This document shows, piece after piece, positions 27,232-36,932 of a stretch of 64,000 bases of DNA. A program made the translations under genes and the position numbers. The DNA comes from an uncultured Planctomycetia bacterium. GTDB taxonomy: Bacteria; Omnitrophota; Gorgyraeia; Duberdicusellales; 4484-171. The stretch's first letter is position 1, and every line of letters begins with the position of its first letter. A model generated the notes under the pieces. That model worked only from the letters and a program-made list of their open reading frames with translations. It made no database searches and was not told where the DNA came from. Location of the stretch: positions 17,613-81,612 of the forward strand of contig CAZVQU010000003.1 of NCBI GenBank assembly GCA_964629655.1, given 5' to 3'.

Positions 27232-28878
27232 ATGTTTTGTTATCAATGCCAGGAAACGATTAAAAATACAGGGTGTACAAAAATTGGTGCTTGCGGAAAG
27301 GCTGAGCCGATAGCGAATTTACAAGATTTATTAGTATATGTTTTAAAAGGCCTATCTATCGTTGGAATTAAAACAAAAGATAAAGGTACTTTAGATAAAA
27401 AATATGGACGATTTATTTCCAAGGCTTTATTTGCAACAATAACTAATGCTAATTTTGACGATGCTAGAATAATTAGCTTAATTAAAGAGGCAATTATCTT
27501 AAGGGATGAGTTAAAAAGTAATTGTGAGACATGTAGTAGTGGTGAGGTTCATGATTCGGTAAGCTGGGGAGCAGACAGGGAAGAAGAATTTATTGAAAAA
27601 GCTAAACATATTGGAGTTCTATCTACTGAGAATGAAGATACTAGGTCATTAAGAGAGCTTCTTATTTATGGGGCAAAAGGAATAGCCGCATATGCTGATC
27701 ATGCAGCTGTTCTAGGTAAAGAAAATGACTTGATTTATGATTTCTTAATCGGGGCATTAGAGTCTACTACAGGAGATTTGTCAGTAGATGAGATGGTCGC
27801 TTTAGTCTTAAAAGCCGGGGAGTTTGCAGTTACTACTATGGCTTTGTTAGATGAAGCTAATACTGCCGCCTACGGTAATCCTGAGATAACTAAAGTTAAT
27901 ATCGGGGTCAGAAGTAATCCTGGCATACTTATCTCCGGACATGATCTTAAAGATATGGAAATATTGCTCAAGCAAACTGAAGGTGCTGGTGTGGATGTTT
28001 ATACCCATTCTGAGATGCTACCGGCAAATTACTATCCAAAATTTAAGAACTATGAGCATTTTGTAGGAAATTATGGCAATTCTTGGTGGAAGCAGCAAGT
28101 TGAGTTTGAGTCTTTCAACGGTCCGATTTTAATGACTACAAATTGTATTACTCCGGTTAAAGATTCTTACAAAGACAGGATTTTTACTACCGGTATGGCA
28201 GGTTATCCGGGAGTCAAACACATACCTGATTGCAATAATGGTCAGGGAAAAGATTTTTCAGAAATAATTGAATTGGCAAAACGATGCCAACCACCAAAAC
28301 AAATTGAAACCGGAGAAATAGTCGGTGGTTTTGCCCACAATCAGGTGCTTTCTTTGGCTGAGAAGGTGGTAGAGGCAATTAAGACAGGAGCAATAAAACA
28401 GTTTATCGTTATGGCTGGTTGCGATGGTCGAGGAGCTTCGAGAAGCTATTTCACCGAGGTTGCTGAAAAGTTACCTAAAGACACAGTAATTCTCACAGCC
28501 GGTTGTGCTAAGTATCGTTATAACAAACTGAGCCTTGGTGATATTGGCGGTATTCCCCGAGTACTTGATGCCGGACAGTGTAATGATTCTTATTCTTTAG
28601 CAGTTGTAGCCTTAAAATTAAAAGAAGTTTTTGGCATGAAGGATATCAATGAGTTGCCAATTTCCTTTGACATCGCCTGGTATGAGCAAAAAGCAGTAGC
28701 AGTTCTTCTGGCCCTTTTATCTTTGGGGGTAAAGGGAATCAGGTTAGGCCCAACACTGCCGGCATTTCTCTCCCCCAATGTGTTAAATGTTTTGGTTGAG
28801 AAGTTTGATATTAAACCGATTGCAGACGCCAAGAGTGATGTTAGCACAATGGTCAAAGGAGCAGGGGTGGCAAAATAA
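27232..28878 (+). CDS. hcp: Hydroxylamine reductase / hybrid-cluster protein
   Basis: [24 protein letters not shown]-terminal Cys motif and full-length (548 aa) Hcp architecture. Confidence 0.9.
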   Translation: MFCYQCQETIKNTGCTKIGACGKAEPIANLQDLLVYVLKGLSIVGIKTKDKGTLDKKYGRFISKALFATITNANFDDARIISLIKEAIILRDELKSNCETCSSGEVHDSVSWGADREEEFIEKAKHIGVLSTENEDTRSLRELLIYGAKGIAAYADHAAVLGKENDLIYDFLIGALESTTGDLSVDEMVALVLKAGEFAVTTMALLDEANTAAYGNPEITKVNIGVRSNPGILISGHDLKDMEILLKQTEGAGVDVYTHSEMLPANYYPKFKNYEHFVGNYGNSWWKQQVEFESFNGPILMTTNCITPVKDSYKDRIFTTGMAGYPGVKHIPDCNNGQGKDFSEIIELAKRCQPPKQIETGEIVGGFAHNQVLSLAEKVVEAIKTGAIKQFIVMAGCDGRGASRSYFTEVAEKLPKDTVILTAGCAKYRYNKLSLGDIGGIPRVLDAGQCNDSYSLAVVALKLKEVFGMKDINELPISFDIAWYEQKAVAVLLALLSLGVKGIRLGPTLPAFLSPNVLNVLVEKFDIKPIADAKSDVSTMVKGAGVAK

Positions 28879-28888
28879 GTTTATCACA

Positions 28889-29599
28889 ATGAAGGAAACT
28901 CGGGTAACATTTAGCGAAAGGATAAAGAGAACTGCCACCATTGAGAGTTTTCGATTTAGGCCTGAAGAGAAAATAGATTTTTTACCTGGACAATTCCTTC
29001 AACTTATCTTTGATCAAGAAAATAGGAATAACTCCGATCTAAATAAATACCTTTCTTTTTCCTCAGCTCCCGATAAGGAGTGCTTTGAAGTAACTAAAAG
29101 AATGTCTGGTAGTGAATTCTCTCAAGCCCTAGCTAAGCTAAAAACAGGTGATAGATTTTTGATCAAGGCTCCGATGGGAAATTGTATTTTCAAAGATGAA
29201 TATAAAAAAATCGGATTTCTGGTTGGCGGAATTGGTATAACCCCGGTTATTTCAATACTAGAATATATTACAGGCAAAAATCTTGATACTGACGTCTGTT
29301 TGTTGTATTCTAATAGAACTGAGGAAGAAATAGCTTTTAAGGATGAGATCGATAGCTGGAGCCAGCAAAACCCAAATATTAATCCGGTATATGCCATTAC
29401 TAATTGCGCGCCGAAAGATAGGAAGTGTTTTTTCGGGACAATCGATGGACAATTCTTAATTGATAATATTTGTGATCCTAAGCAGCGAATTTTCTTTATT
29501 TTTGGACCACCAAACATGGTAGCATCGATGAAAAATATTTGTCTTGAAATTGGCTGCGTTAACGATATGGTAAAAGTAGAGAATTTTATTGGTTATTAA
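28889..29599 (+). CDS. FAD/NAD(P)-binding oxidoreductase (ferredoxin-NADP reductase-like; possible Hcp reductase partner)
   Basis: RFRPEEKIDFLPGQFLQL (FAD site) and GFLVGGIGITPVISIL (NAD site). Start set to ATG 28889 after hcp stop. Track start 28787 overlaps hcp. Confidence 0.6.
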   Translation: MKETRVTFSERIKRTATIESFRFRPEEKIDFLPGQFLQLIFDQENRNNSDLNKYLSFSSAPDKECFEVTKRMSGSEFSQALAKLKTGDRFLIKAPMGNCIFKDEYKKIGFLVGGIGITPVISILEYITGKNLDTDVCLLYSNRTEEEIAFKDEIDSWSQQNPNINPVYAITNCAPKDRKCFFGTIDGQFLIDNICDPKQRIFFIFGPPNMVASMKNICLEIGCVNDMVKVENFIGY

Positions 29600-29610
29600 G
29601 GAGGTAAGAG

Positions 29611-29751
29611 GTGAAAAAGTATATATGCATGGTTTGTCAGTACATTTATGATCCGTCTGAAAATGACAATATTGAATTTGCTCATCTGCCTGACGATTGG
29701 GTTTGCCCTGAGTGTGGAGTGGGGAAAGATCAGTTTGAGGAGGTTGAATAG
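29611..29751 (+). CDS. Rubredoxin
   Basis: (M)[14 protein letters not shown]...[16 protein letters not shown], canonical CxxC...CPxC rubredoxin. GTG start after AAGGAGG. Not in ORF track (46 aa). Confidence 0.8.
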   Translation: MKKYICMVCQYIYDPSENDNIEFAHLPDDWVCPECGVGKDQFEEVE

Positions 29752-29765
29752 GGGGGTTGATCTAA

Positions 29766-30926
29766 ATGAAGGCAGTTGAGATCAAAAAAAATATTTATTG
29801 GGTAGGAGGCATCGACCAGGGTTTAAAAGACTTTCATGGCTATTTAACCCAACGCGGAAGCACTTACAATGCCTACTTAATTATTGATGAAAAAATAGTA
29901 CTCGTTGATACGGTCAAGCACTATCTTTATGATGAGATGCTGGCCAGAATAAAAAGTGTCATAGATCCGGCTAAAATCGATTACATTATATCTAATCATA
30001 CCGAGATGGATCACTCCGGATGCTTGCCAAAGATTACCAAGGTTGCCAGCAAAGCCACAGTAATAGCTTCCCCTAATGGCCAGAAGGGATTAAAAAAGCA
30101 CTTTGAAGAAGAATTTATTTTTAAGATTGTTAATAGCGGTGATTCAATTAATATTGGTAAAAGAAATCTACAATTTGTGCTTACTCCCATGGTTCACTGG
30201 CCAGATTCTATGGTCACCTGCGTCCGGGAAGATAAGTTACTGCTTTCTAACGATGCTTTTGGCCAACATATTGCTTCTCGGGAGCGCTTTGATGATGAGC
30301 TTGGTTTAGATATAGCTATGCAAGAAGCTACTAAATATTACGCTAATATAGTTCTTCCCTTTGGGGTGCAAGTTAAAAAAGCTCTAGAAGCTTTATCGGG
30401 ATTGGAAATTGACATGATTGGCCCTAGTCATGGTATTATTTGGCGCAAATATATAAGTGAAATCATTAAGAAATATAAAAGTTGGGCCGATAATACCATT
30501 GCAGAAAAAGCTGTAGTCGTTTATGATACAATGTGGGGTTCGACCGAAAGGATAGCTAAGACAATTTCTAATGTTTTTATCAATAAAGGTATTCCAACAG
30601 AACTCTTAAATCTTAAAAAAACCCATATCTCCGATATCATGAGTCAAATTTTGACTGCTAAGTATATTTGCGTTGGCTCACCGACATTGAATAATACTAC
30701 ACTTCCTACTGTGGCAGCGTTTTTAAATTATATGCAGGGGCTTGGGCCTAAAAATAGAATTGGCTTGAGTTTTGGTTCATATGGCTGGGGTGGCCAAAGC
30801 ATTGGCCAGATGCAAGAAGTTTTAGAGACTTGTCGATTCCAATTATTAGATAGTATAAAAGTGCAGTATGTGCCGAACAAAGAGGTTTTGGCTGAGATAA
30901 CAAGTAAATTAGAGAAGGCTATCTAA
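29766..30926 (+). CDS. Flavodiiron protein (metallo-beta-lactamase + flavodoxin domains; O2/NO reductase)
   Basis: HTEMDHSG di-iron motif in N-terminal MBL domain. C-terminal flavodoxin-like VVVYDTMWGSTERIA. Confidence 0.85.
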   Translation: MKAVEIKKNIYWVGGIDQGLKDFHGYLTQRGSTYNAYLIIDEKIVLVDTVKHYLYDEMLARIKSVIDPAKIDYIISNHTEMDHSGCLPKITKVASKATVIASPNGQKGLKKHFEEEFIFKIVNSGDSINIGKRNLQFVLTPMVHWPDSMVTCVREDKLLLSNDAFGQHIASRERFDDELGLDIAMQEATKYYANIVLPFGVQVKKALEALSGLEIDMIGPSHGIIWRKYISEIIKKYKSWADNTIAEKAVVVYDTMWGSTERIAKTISNVFINKGIPTELLNLKKTHISDIMSQILTAKYICVGSPTLNNTTLPTVAAFLNYMQGLGPKNRIGLSFGSYGWGGQSIGQMQEVLETCRFQLLDSIKVQYVPNKEVLAEITSKLEKAI

Positions 30927-30964
30927 GGTTGGATGATAGAGGTTATAGTTTATAGAAGGAGGTA

Positions 30965-31543
30965 TTGATGAAGAGCGTAAAAGGAACGAAAACTGAGAAA
31001 AATCTATTAGCTTCTTTTGCTGGAGAGTCACAAGCCAGGAATCGCTACACTTATTTCGCCTCAGTTGCCAAAAAATCAGGCTATGAGCAGATATCAGCTA
31101 TATTCCTGGAAACAGCTGATAATGAGAAAGAACATGCTAAGAGATTTTTTAAATTCTTAGAGGGCGGCGAGGTTGAGATTGCTGCCGCTTATCCGGCAGG
31201 AGTTATTGGAAATACACTTGCTAATTTAGAGGCTGCTGCGGCCGGAGAATATTTAGAGTGGACCAAGCTTTACAAGGAGGCTGAAAATATTGCCAGAGAA
31301 GAGGGCTTTGAGCAAGTTGCTGACTTATTTAAAGAAATTGCCGGGGTAGAAGTCGAACACGAGAAGAGATACCGTAAGCTAATTGAAAATATAAAAGAAG
31401 GCAAGGTATTTGAAAGGGATGTAGTGGTCAAGTGGAAATGTCGCAATTGTGGATATGTTCATGAGGGTAAAGTTGCCCCTGAAGAGTGTCCAGCCTGCGC
31501 GCATCCGCAGAGTTTCTATGAGTTACTTTGTGAGAATTATTAA
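30965..31543 (+). CDS. Rubrerythrin
   Basis: Ferritin-like ExxH pairs (NEKEHAKRF, VEVEHEKRY) plus C-terminal rubredoxin-like WKCRNCGY...CPACAHP. Confidence 0.85.
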   Translation: MMKSVKGTKTEKNLLASFAGESQARNRYTYFASVAKKSGYEQISAIFLETADNEKEHAKRFFKFLEGGEVEIAAAYPAGVIGNTLANLEAAAAGEYLEWTKLYKEAENIAREEGFEQVADLFKEIAGVEVEHEKRYRKLIENIKEGKVFERDVVVKWKCRNCGYVHEGKVAPEECPACAHPQSFYELLCENY

Positions 31544-31573
31544 TGAGATTTTAGTCGAATTAAGGAGGTAGTT

Positions 31574-32017
31574 ATGAAGGGGCATGTCTGTAAGGTCTGT
31601 GGGTTCATATCTATAAAAGGAAACGCGCCTGATAATTGTCCGGTTTGTGGTGCCCCAAAGGCATCTTTTCTGGAGAAAGACGACGCTATAAAAGCTCCCC
31701 AAGATCCAAGCAATCTAAGCGAATTGGAAAAAAAACATATTCCAAGCATTACTGTTGTTAAAAAGTGCGGATTAATTCCTGAAGGTTGTCAGGATGTGCA
31801 TGTTAAAGTAGGCCAAATCCAGCATCCGATGAGCCCTGAACATTATATACAGCATATCGATTTTTACATTGATAAGGAATTTATAGCAAGGGTACACTTA
31901 AGTCCCGAGAAACTTAATCCGGCAGTAGCACTTCATCTTAAAGACGGTGCAGGCAAGCTTACTGCCGTAGAATTCTGTACTGTGCATGGAGTTTGGGTTA
32001 GTGAGGCAGATTTGTAA
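31574..32017 (+). CDS. Superoxide reductase (desulfoferrodoxin-like; N-terminal CxxC...CxxC domain + SOR domain)
   Basis: CKVCGF...CPVCG N-domain. SOR ligands EKKHIP, HPMSPEHYIQH, CTVHGVW. Confidence 0.75.
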   Translation: MKGHVCKVCGFISIKGNAPDNCPVCGAPKASFLEKDDAIKAPQDPSNLSELEKKHIPSITVVKKCGLIPEGCQDVHVKVGQIQHPMSPEHYIQHIDFYIDKEFIARVHLSPEKLNPAVALHLKDGAGKLTAVEFCTVHGVWVSEADL

Positions 32018-32035
32018 TTTAACAAAGGGAGTGTA

Positions 32036-32524
32036 ATGAGAAATACTTTTAATCCTCAGGAGATAGTAAAGATTGCAATTAACATTGAGGAGAATGGCAA
32101 AAAGCTTTATCAGGATCTAGAAGCTAAGGCTAAAGATAACAAGCTAAGGGAAGTGTGGAAGTATTTAGGAGAGCAGGAAGAGATTCATCGCCAGATCTTT
32201 CAAGAGATGCTTGATAATATCGGAGAGTATATTGTTTATGAGTTTAGCCCTGGTGAGTATGAAGCTTACTTGAGGGCTATTGCTACTGAGTATATCTTTA
32301 CTCAGGAGGTAATTAGCGGGAAGGTAAAGGATGGCTTTCGCAGTGATCTTGAAGCTGTTGAGTTCGGTATATTCGTAGAAAAGGAGTCAATTCTTACTTA
32401 TTTGGCCTTGCGTGAATATGTGTTGACCGGCAAGCAGGCAGTATTGGATAAGGTTATTAATCAGGAGAAGAAACATCTGAGCGATCTTACTGGTTTAAAG
32501 AATTTTTTAAAGAAGGAGGATTAA
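32036..32524 (+). CDS. Ferritin-like / rubrerythrin-family di-iron domain protein
   Basis: 162 aa. Predicted four-helix bundle with E...ExxH-like spacing (EQEEIHRQ, EKKHLSD). Confidence 0.45.
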   Translation: MRNTFNPQEIVKIAINIEENGKKLYQDLEAKAKDNKLREVWKYLGEQEEIHRQIFQEMLDNIGEYIVYEFSPGEYEAYLRAIATEYIFTQEVISGKVKDGFRSDLEAVEFGIFVEKESILTYLALREYVLTGKQAVLDKVINQEKKHLSDLTGLKNFLKKED

Positions 32525-32525
32525 G

Positions 32526-32756
32526 ATGGAGGTGAAAGTCTACTCAACACCAACTTGCCCCTATTGCACGATGGTAAAAAAGTACCTCTCTTCTAAAGGA
32601 GTTTCTTTCCAAAACATAGATGTTTCTGCAGATCAAACCGCCGGTGAGGAGATGGTAAAAATTTCCGGGCAAATGGGGGTGCCAGTGGTTGTCGCCGGTG
32701 AGGAGATTATTGTTGGCTTTGACAAAGGAGCAATAAACAAGGCTTTGAACCTATAA
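32526..32756 (+). CDS. Glutaredoxin-like protein (NrdH/Grx, CPYC)
   Basis: VKVYSTPTCPYCTMVKKYL thioredoxin-fold active site. Confidence 0.7.
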   Translation: MEVKVYSTPTCPYCTMVKKYLSSKGVSFQNIDVSADQTAGEEMVKISGQMGVPVVVAGEEIIVGFDKGAINKALNL

Positions 32757-32758
32757 CT

Positions 32759-33928
32759 GTGATGACAAAAGATCCGATATGTGGGATGTCAGTCAGCGAG
32801 AAGTCTGCCTTTCAATTGTCTTGGGCTGGTGAAAACTTTTACTTTTGCAGTAAGCATTGCCTTGAGAAATTCACTGAAAAAACAAAGACTAACAGCAGCG
32901 AAATTGATGTCTGCCCAATTGTCCCGAAAGTTCCACTTTATAAGAATAAAACCTTTATTGTTGCTATAGTTCTGGCAGGATTAATTCTGCTTTCCTATTC
33001 CCTACCATTCTTAGTACCGCTTCGAAAGTCACTTATCATCTATTTTAAAGCAATCTGGTGGGCTATACTTTTAGGGTTGGCCCTTGGCGGAGCAATGGAG
33101 CACTATATACCAAAAGAATATATTACTCATATTTTATCAAAACCAAAGAAGCGGACTATTTTTTACTCAGTAATTTTAGGTTTTTTTATGAGTGTATGCT
33201 CTCACGGCATCCTTGCTCTTTCAATAGAGTTACACAAAAAAGGTGCTTCTAACCCGGCAGTGGTAAGCTTTTTGCTTGCTAGTCCTTGGGCCAATTTAAT
33301 CCTTACTGTGCTGTTGGTAGGATTTTTTGGCTTAAAAGCCCTATTTATCATATTCTCAGCTATTGTAATAGCAATAATAACTGGGTTTATCTTTCAATTT
33401 CTAGAGAGAAAGAAGCTCATCGAAACCAACGAGAATATTATAGAGATAGAAGATAATTTTTCCATTATCAAGGATATGAAGAGGAGATTTAAGACACGAC
33501 GCTGGTCTCTTAAGGGGTTCGGAGAGGATATTAAGGGAGTTTTTAACGGTGCAGTGGCCTTGAGCAATATGGTGCTTTGGTGGGTATTAATAGGTATGGG
33601 GTTAGCTGGTTTAGCTGGGGCTTACATCCCGGCTACTATATTTGCTGACTATATGGGCCCAACTATTCTAGGTCTTTTTGTTACTCTTTTGGTGGCTACA
33701 GTAATTGAGGTTTGTTCTGAGGGCTCAGCTCCGATGGCTTTTGAGATATTTAGACAGACCGGTGCCCTAGGAAATAGTTTTGTTTTTCTTATGGCTGGGG
33801 TAGTTACTGACTATACTGAGATAGGGTTGCTATGGCATAATGTTGGTAAGCGGGTAGCCATTTGGTTGCCGATTGTAACTGTTCCCCAAGTGATTATTTT
33901 AGGCATCATTGCTAATATTTTATTTTAA
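32759..33928 (+). CDS. YHS/TRASH metal-binding domain fused to DUF318-type permease (ArsP-like)
   Basis: N-terminal DPICGMSV...FYFCSKHC (YHS). Two DUF318 repeats each with a CS.G/H motif (FMSVCSHGIL, VIEVCSEGSAPMA). About 8 TM. Confidence 0.6.
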   Translation: MMTKDPICGMSVSEKSAFQLSWAGENFYFCSKHCLEKFTEKTKTNSSEIDVCPIVPKVPLYKNKTFIVAIVLAGLILLSYSLPFLVPLRKSLIIYFKAIWWAILLGLALGGAMEHYIPKEYITHILSKPKKRTIFYSVILGFFMSVCSHGILALSIELHKKGASNPAVVSFLLASPWANLILTVLLVGFFGLKALFIIFSAIVIAIITGFIFQFLERKKLIETNENIIEIEDNFSIIKDMKRRFKTRRWSLKGFGEDIKGVFNGAVALSNMVLWWVLIGMGLAGLAGAYIPATIFADYMGPTILGLFVTLLVATVIEVCSEGSAPMAFEIFRQTGALGNSFVFLMAGVVTDYTEIGLLWHNVGKRVAIWLPIVTVPQVIILGIIANILF

Positions 33929-33957
33929 TTAGAGTATAATTTAGAGAAGGATAAACC

Positions 33958-34863
33958 ATGTTTGATTTAATAATTATCGGTGCTGGTCCTGCTGGTATTA
34001 CAGCTGCTGTATATGCTGCCAGAAAGCAGATGAAAACTTTGGTTATCAGCAAAGATATAGGTGGTCAAGCCGCCATAAGTGGTGATATTGAGAACTATAC
34101 CGGTTATCAGTTTATTACCGGTCCGGAGTTGAGCATTAAATTCGAAGAGCATATGCGCAGATACAATATCAAAGTGCAGGAAGGCGAGGAAGTTATTAAG
34201 GTAGAGAAGAAAGGTAAGTTGTTTGCAGTTACCTCAAGTAAAGGTTCATACCAAGCAAAGACAATCATAATTGCTTCCGGAAAGCGCTCAAAAGAGCTCA
34301 ATGTCCCTGGTGAAAAGGAATTCAAGAATAAAGGCCTTAGCTATTGCGCTACTTGCGATGGTCCGTTATTTTCCCAAAAAAAAGTAGCAGTTATTGGCGG
34401 AGGAAACTCCTGCCTAGACGCAGCTCTCCAATTAATGGATATTGCTAAAAAAGTTTATATTATTAATATTAATCCTCAACTAAGAGGTGATGATATAATG
34501 CTTGAGAAGATTCGTGATAGTAGCAAAGTAACAATTATAAATAATTTTCAAGTTATAGCAGTCTTAGGTGGGGAGATGGTTAACGGCCTTAAGATAAAGA
34601 AAGGCAGCAGTGAGGAGACTTTAGTTGTTGAAGGAGTCTTTGTTGAAATCGGCCTGATTCCTAACTCAGAATTTGCGAAAGTCTTAGATAGGAATAAACT
34701 CGGTGAGATTAAGGTTAATTCTCGCAACCAGACCGATGTTTCGGGAATTTTTGCTGCCGGAGACGTTACTGATGTTCCTGAGAAGCAAATTGTAATTGCT
34801 TGCGGCGAGGGCTCCAAAGCCGGCCTCTCAGCCTTTAAATATCTAGCGACCAGCAAGTTCTAA
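33958..34863 (+). CDS. trxB: Thioredoxin reductase
   Basis: FDLIIIGAGPAG, redox CATCDG, NADPH site VIGGGNS, 301 aa. Confidence 0.85.
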   Translation: MFDLIIIGAGPAGITAAVYAARKQMKTLVISKDIGGQAAISGDIENYTGYQFITGPELSIKFEEHMRRYNIKVQEGEEVIKVEKKGKLFAVTSSKGSYQAKTIIIASGKRSKELNVPGEKEFKNKGLSYCATCDGPLFSQKKVAVIGGGNSCLDAALQLMDIAKKVYIININPQLRGDDIMLEKIRDSSKVTIINNFQVIAVLGGEMVNGLKIKKGSSEETLVVEGVFVEIGLIPNSEFAKVLDRNKLGEIKVNSRNQTDVSGIFAAGDVTDVPEKQIVIACGEGSKAGLSAFKYLATSKF

Positions 34864-34882
34864 GATCTATTGAGGAGCTAAA

Positions 34883-35353
34883 GTGAGAAAAATTACCGAC
34901 GATATAATCTACTTATTGCAGAAACAAGGGTTTGTTATTGTTTCTACCCTGGATTCAAATGGGAGCATTCACTGTTCGGCAAAAGGTATAGCCGGGATAG
35001 AGGCAGAGGGCAAGATTTATCTTATTGATCTCTACTTAGGGAGAACTTTTAGTAATCTTAAACGGAATTCTACCATAAGTATTACAGCTGTAGATGAAGA
35101 TGAGTTTAGCGGATTCACCTTAAAGGGTAGGGCAAGGATTGTGAACCGGGAAGAGATAAAAGGTCATATCATTGCAAGCTGGGAAGACAAAGTCGTCCAG
35201 AGAGTGTCTAAGCGAGTAATCGGGCATATTAAGAAAGAAAGGAAGAGCCCCCATCACCCAGAGGCCATTTTTCCTCATCCTCAATATCTTATTGAAGTAG
35301 ACGTAGATAGTGTGGTTGATTTGACCCCCAAAAATCTTAAAATTAAGAAATAA
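34883..35353 (+). CDS. Pyridoxamine-5'-phosphate-oxidase-like FMN-binding split-barrel protein
   Basis: 156 aa. GFVIVSTLDSNGSIHCS pattern typical of PNPOx-like general-stress proteins. Confidence 0.4.
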   Translation: MRKITDDIIYLLQKQGFVIVSTLDSNGSIHCSAKGIAGIEAEGKIYLIDLYLGRTFSNLKRNSTISITAVDEDEFSGFTLKGRARIVNREEIKGHIIASWEDKVVQRVSKRVIGHIKKERKSPHHPEAIFPHPQYLIEVDVDSVVDLTPKNLKIKK

Positions 35354-35359
35354 AAAGAT

Positions 35360-35779
35360 ATGAAGAGAGTATTATTTTTATGCACCGGGAATTCTTGTCG
35401 AAGCCAAATGGCTGAAGGGTTTCTGCATCATTTAGGAGGAGATGATCTCAAAGCATTTAGTGCCGGGATTATGCCGATAGGAGTTAATTCTTTGACCATT
35501 AAGGTAATGAATGAGCTTGATGTTGATATTTCGTCTCAGCGCTCAAAATCAATAAAGGAGTTCTTGGGTCAGCAATTCGACTATGTTATTACGCTTTGTG
35601 ATAGCGCTAAAGGAGATTGCCCGATTTTTCCCGGAGAACATACGAGGTTGCATTGGGATTTAGATGATCCTGCTAGCGTTAATGGCAGCGGTGAGGAAAA
35701 AATCGCTGTCTTTAGAAGAATACGCGATCAGATCAAAAGCCATATCGAATTATTTTTAAAGGAAAACAGCACCGACTAG
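35360..35779 (+). CDS. arsC: Arsenate reductase, LMW-PTP (thioredoxin-coupled) type
   Basis: VLFLCTGNSCRSQMAEG P-loop (CX5R) plus downstream Cys (CDSAKGDC) as in Trx-dependent ArsC. Confidence 0.8.
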   Translation: MKRVLFLCTGNSCRSQMAEGFLHHLGGDDLKAFSAGIMPIGVNSLTIKVMNELDVDISSQRSKSIKEFLGQQFDYVITLCDSAKGDCPIFPGEHTRLHWDLDDPASVNGSGEEKIAVFRRIRDQIKSHIELFLKENSTD

Positions 35780-35815
35780 CTGTTTGCTAAACAATACCAT
35801 ATAGCTACTAATAGT

Positions 35816-36589
35816 ATGAGAGAGTTTATTAATATCGCTGTCATAGCTGCCAAAGAAGCTGCAAAGATTCACAAGAAATACTTTAATACTGATTTTGCAA
35901 TAGAGACCAAGGGGAAGTCTTTCGACTTGGTTACGGTTGCTGATGTTGAAGCTGAGAAAGCAGTAGTATCAGTCATAAAAGATAATTTCCCTAACCATAA
36001 TATCCTAGCTGAAGAGGCAAAATACGCAGAAACTGATTCAGAATACAGGTGGATCATAGATCCCTTAGACGGTACAAATAATTTTTCAAATAAAATACCT
36101 ATGTTTTCTGTATCAATAGCATTGGTTAAGAATGGAGAGGTCTTGGCCGGAGTAGTCTATGATGTTATGCGAGATGAGCTATTTTGTGCTCAAAAAGGCA
36201 AGGGGGCATTTTTGAATGGTCAAAGAGTGAATACCAATTTCGCAAATGAATTAAAGCAGGCAATTCTTATTACTGGTTTTTATTATGATAGAGGCGCGGC
36301 TATGGTTGACAATCTGGAGAAGGTAAAACAATTTCTTCAAAAGAAGATAATCGGTATAAGGCGATTTGGTTCGGCTGCTTTGGATTTATGTTATGTTGCC
36401 TGTGGCCGGGCTGCAGGTTTTTGGGAATTTGAGCTAAATCCATGGGATTTTGCTGCTGGCAAGTTAATTGTGGAAGAAGCCGGAGGAAGAGTGACCGGAA
36501 GAAACGGCGAGGTGGTTTCACTGAAGAAATCTTTTGTTGTGGCTTCAAACAGTAAAATTCACTCCCAAATGCTGGAAGTTATAAATTGA
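35816..36589 (+). CDS. Inositol monophosphatase family protein (SuhB-like)
   Basis: WIIDPLDGTNNF and GSAALDLCYVACGRA motifs. Confidence 0.75.
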   Translation: MREFINIAVIAAKEAAKIHKKYFNTDFAIETKGKSFDLVTVADVEAEKAVVSVIKDNFPNHNILAEEAKYAETDSEYRWIIDPLDGTNNFSNKIPMFSVSIALVKNGEVLAGVVYDVMRDELFCAQKGKGAFLNGQRVNTNFANELKQAILITGFYYDRGAAMVDNLEKVKQFLQKKIIGIRRFGSAALDLCYVACGRAAGFWEFELNPWDFAAGKLIVEEAGGRVTGRNGEVVSLKKSFVVASNSKIHSQMLEVIN

Positions 36590-36628
36590 TCGATGTTTGA
36601 TAAAGGCTAATGCAAGAGGAGGGTTAGG

Positions 36629-36901
36629 ATGGATTGGAAGATATTCTTTGCAACATTCGGGGCAATATTTTTAGCTGAACTTGCTGATAAAACTCAATTG
36701 GTAGGAATTGGTATGTCAGCACGGTCAGGAAAGCCCCTGACTGTCTGGTTGGCCTCGGTATCAGCTTATATTATTATTACAGCAATTTCAGTATTAATTG
36801 GGGCAGTTTTGGGAAAGTATATTAAGCCGGAACTAATAAGATATTTTGGTGCTTCAGCATTTATTCTAATTGGAATTCTGATGTTTCTAGGAAAGGTGTA
36901 G
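36629..36901 (+). CDS. UPF0016 (GDT1/TMEM165-like) half-domain membrane protein
   Basis: ELADKTQLV resembles the E-x-G-D-(K/R)-(T/S) UPF0016 motif. Three predicted TM. Confidence 0.5.
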   Translation: MDWKIFFATFGAIFLAELADKTQLVGIGMSARSGKPLTVWLASVSAYIIITAISVLIGAVLGKYIKPELIRYFGASAFILIGILMFLGKV

Positions 36902-36932
36902 CTATGAAGAGTCCGGAGGAGGCTAACAAGAT

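Noticed and set aside
28787-28888. Track start 28787 for the FAD/NAD oxidoreductase, overlapping the last 90 nt of hcp
   Set aside because: The overlap is in a different frame from a highly conserved Hcp C-terminus. The domain-consistent start MKETRVTF at 28889 follows the hcp stop.
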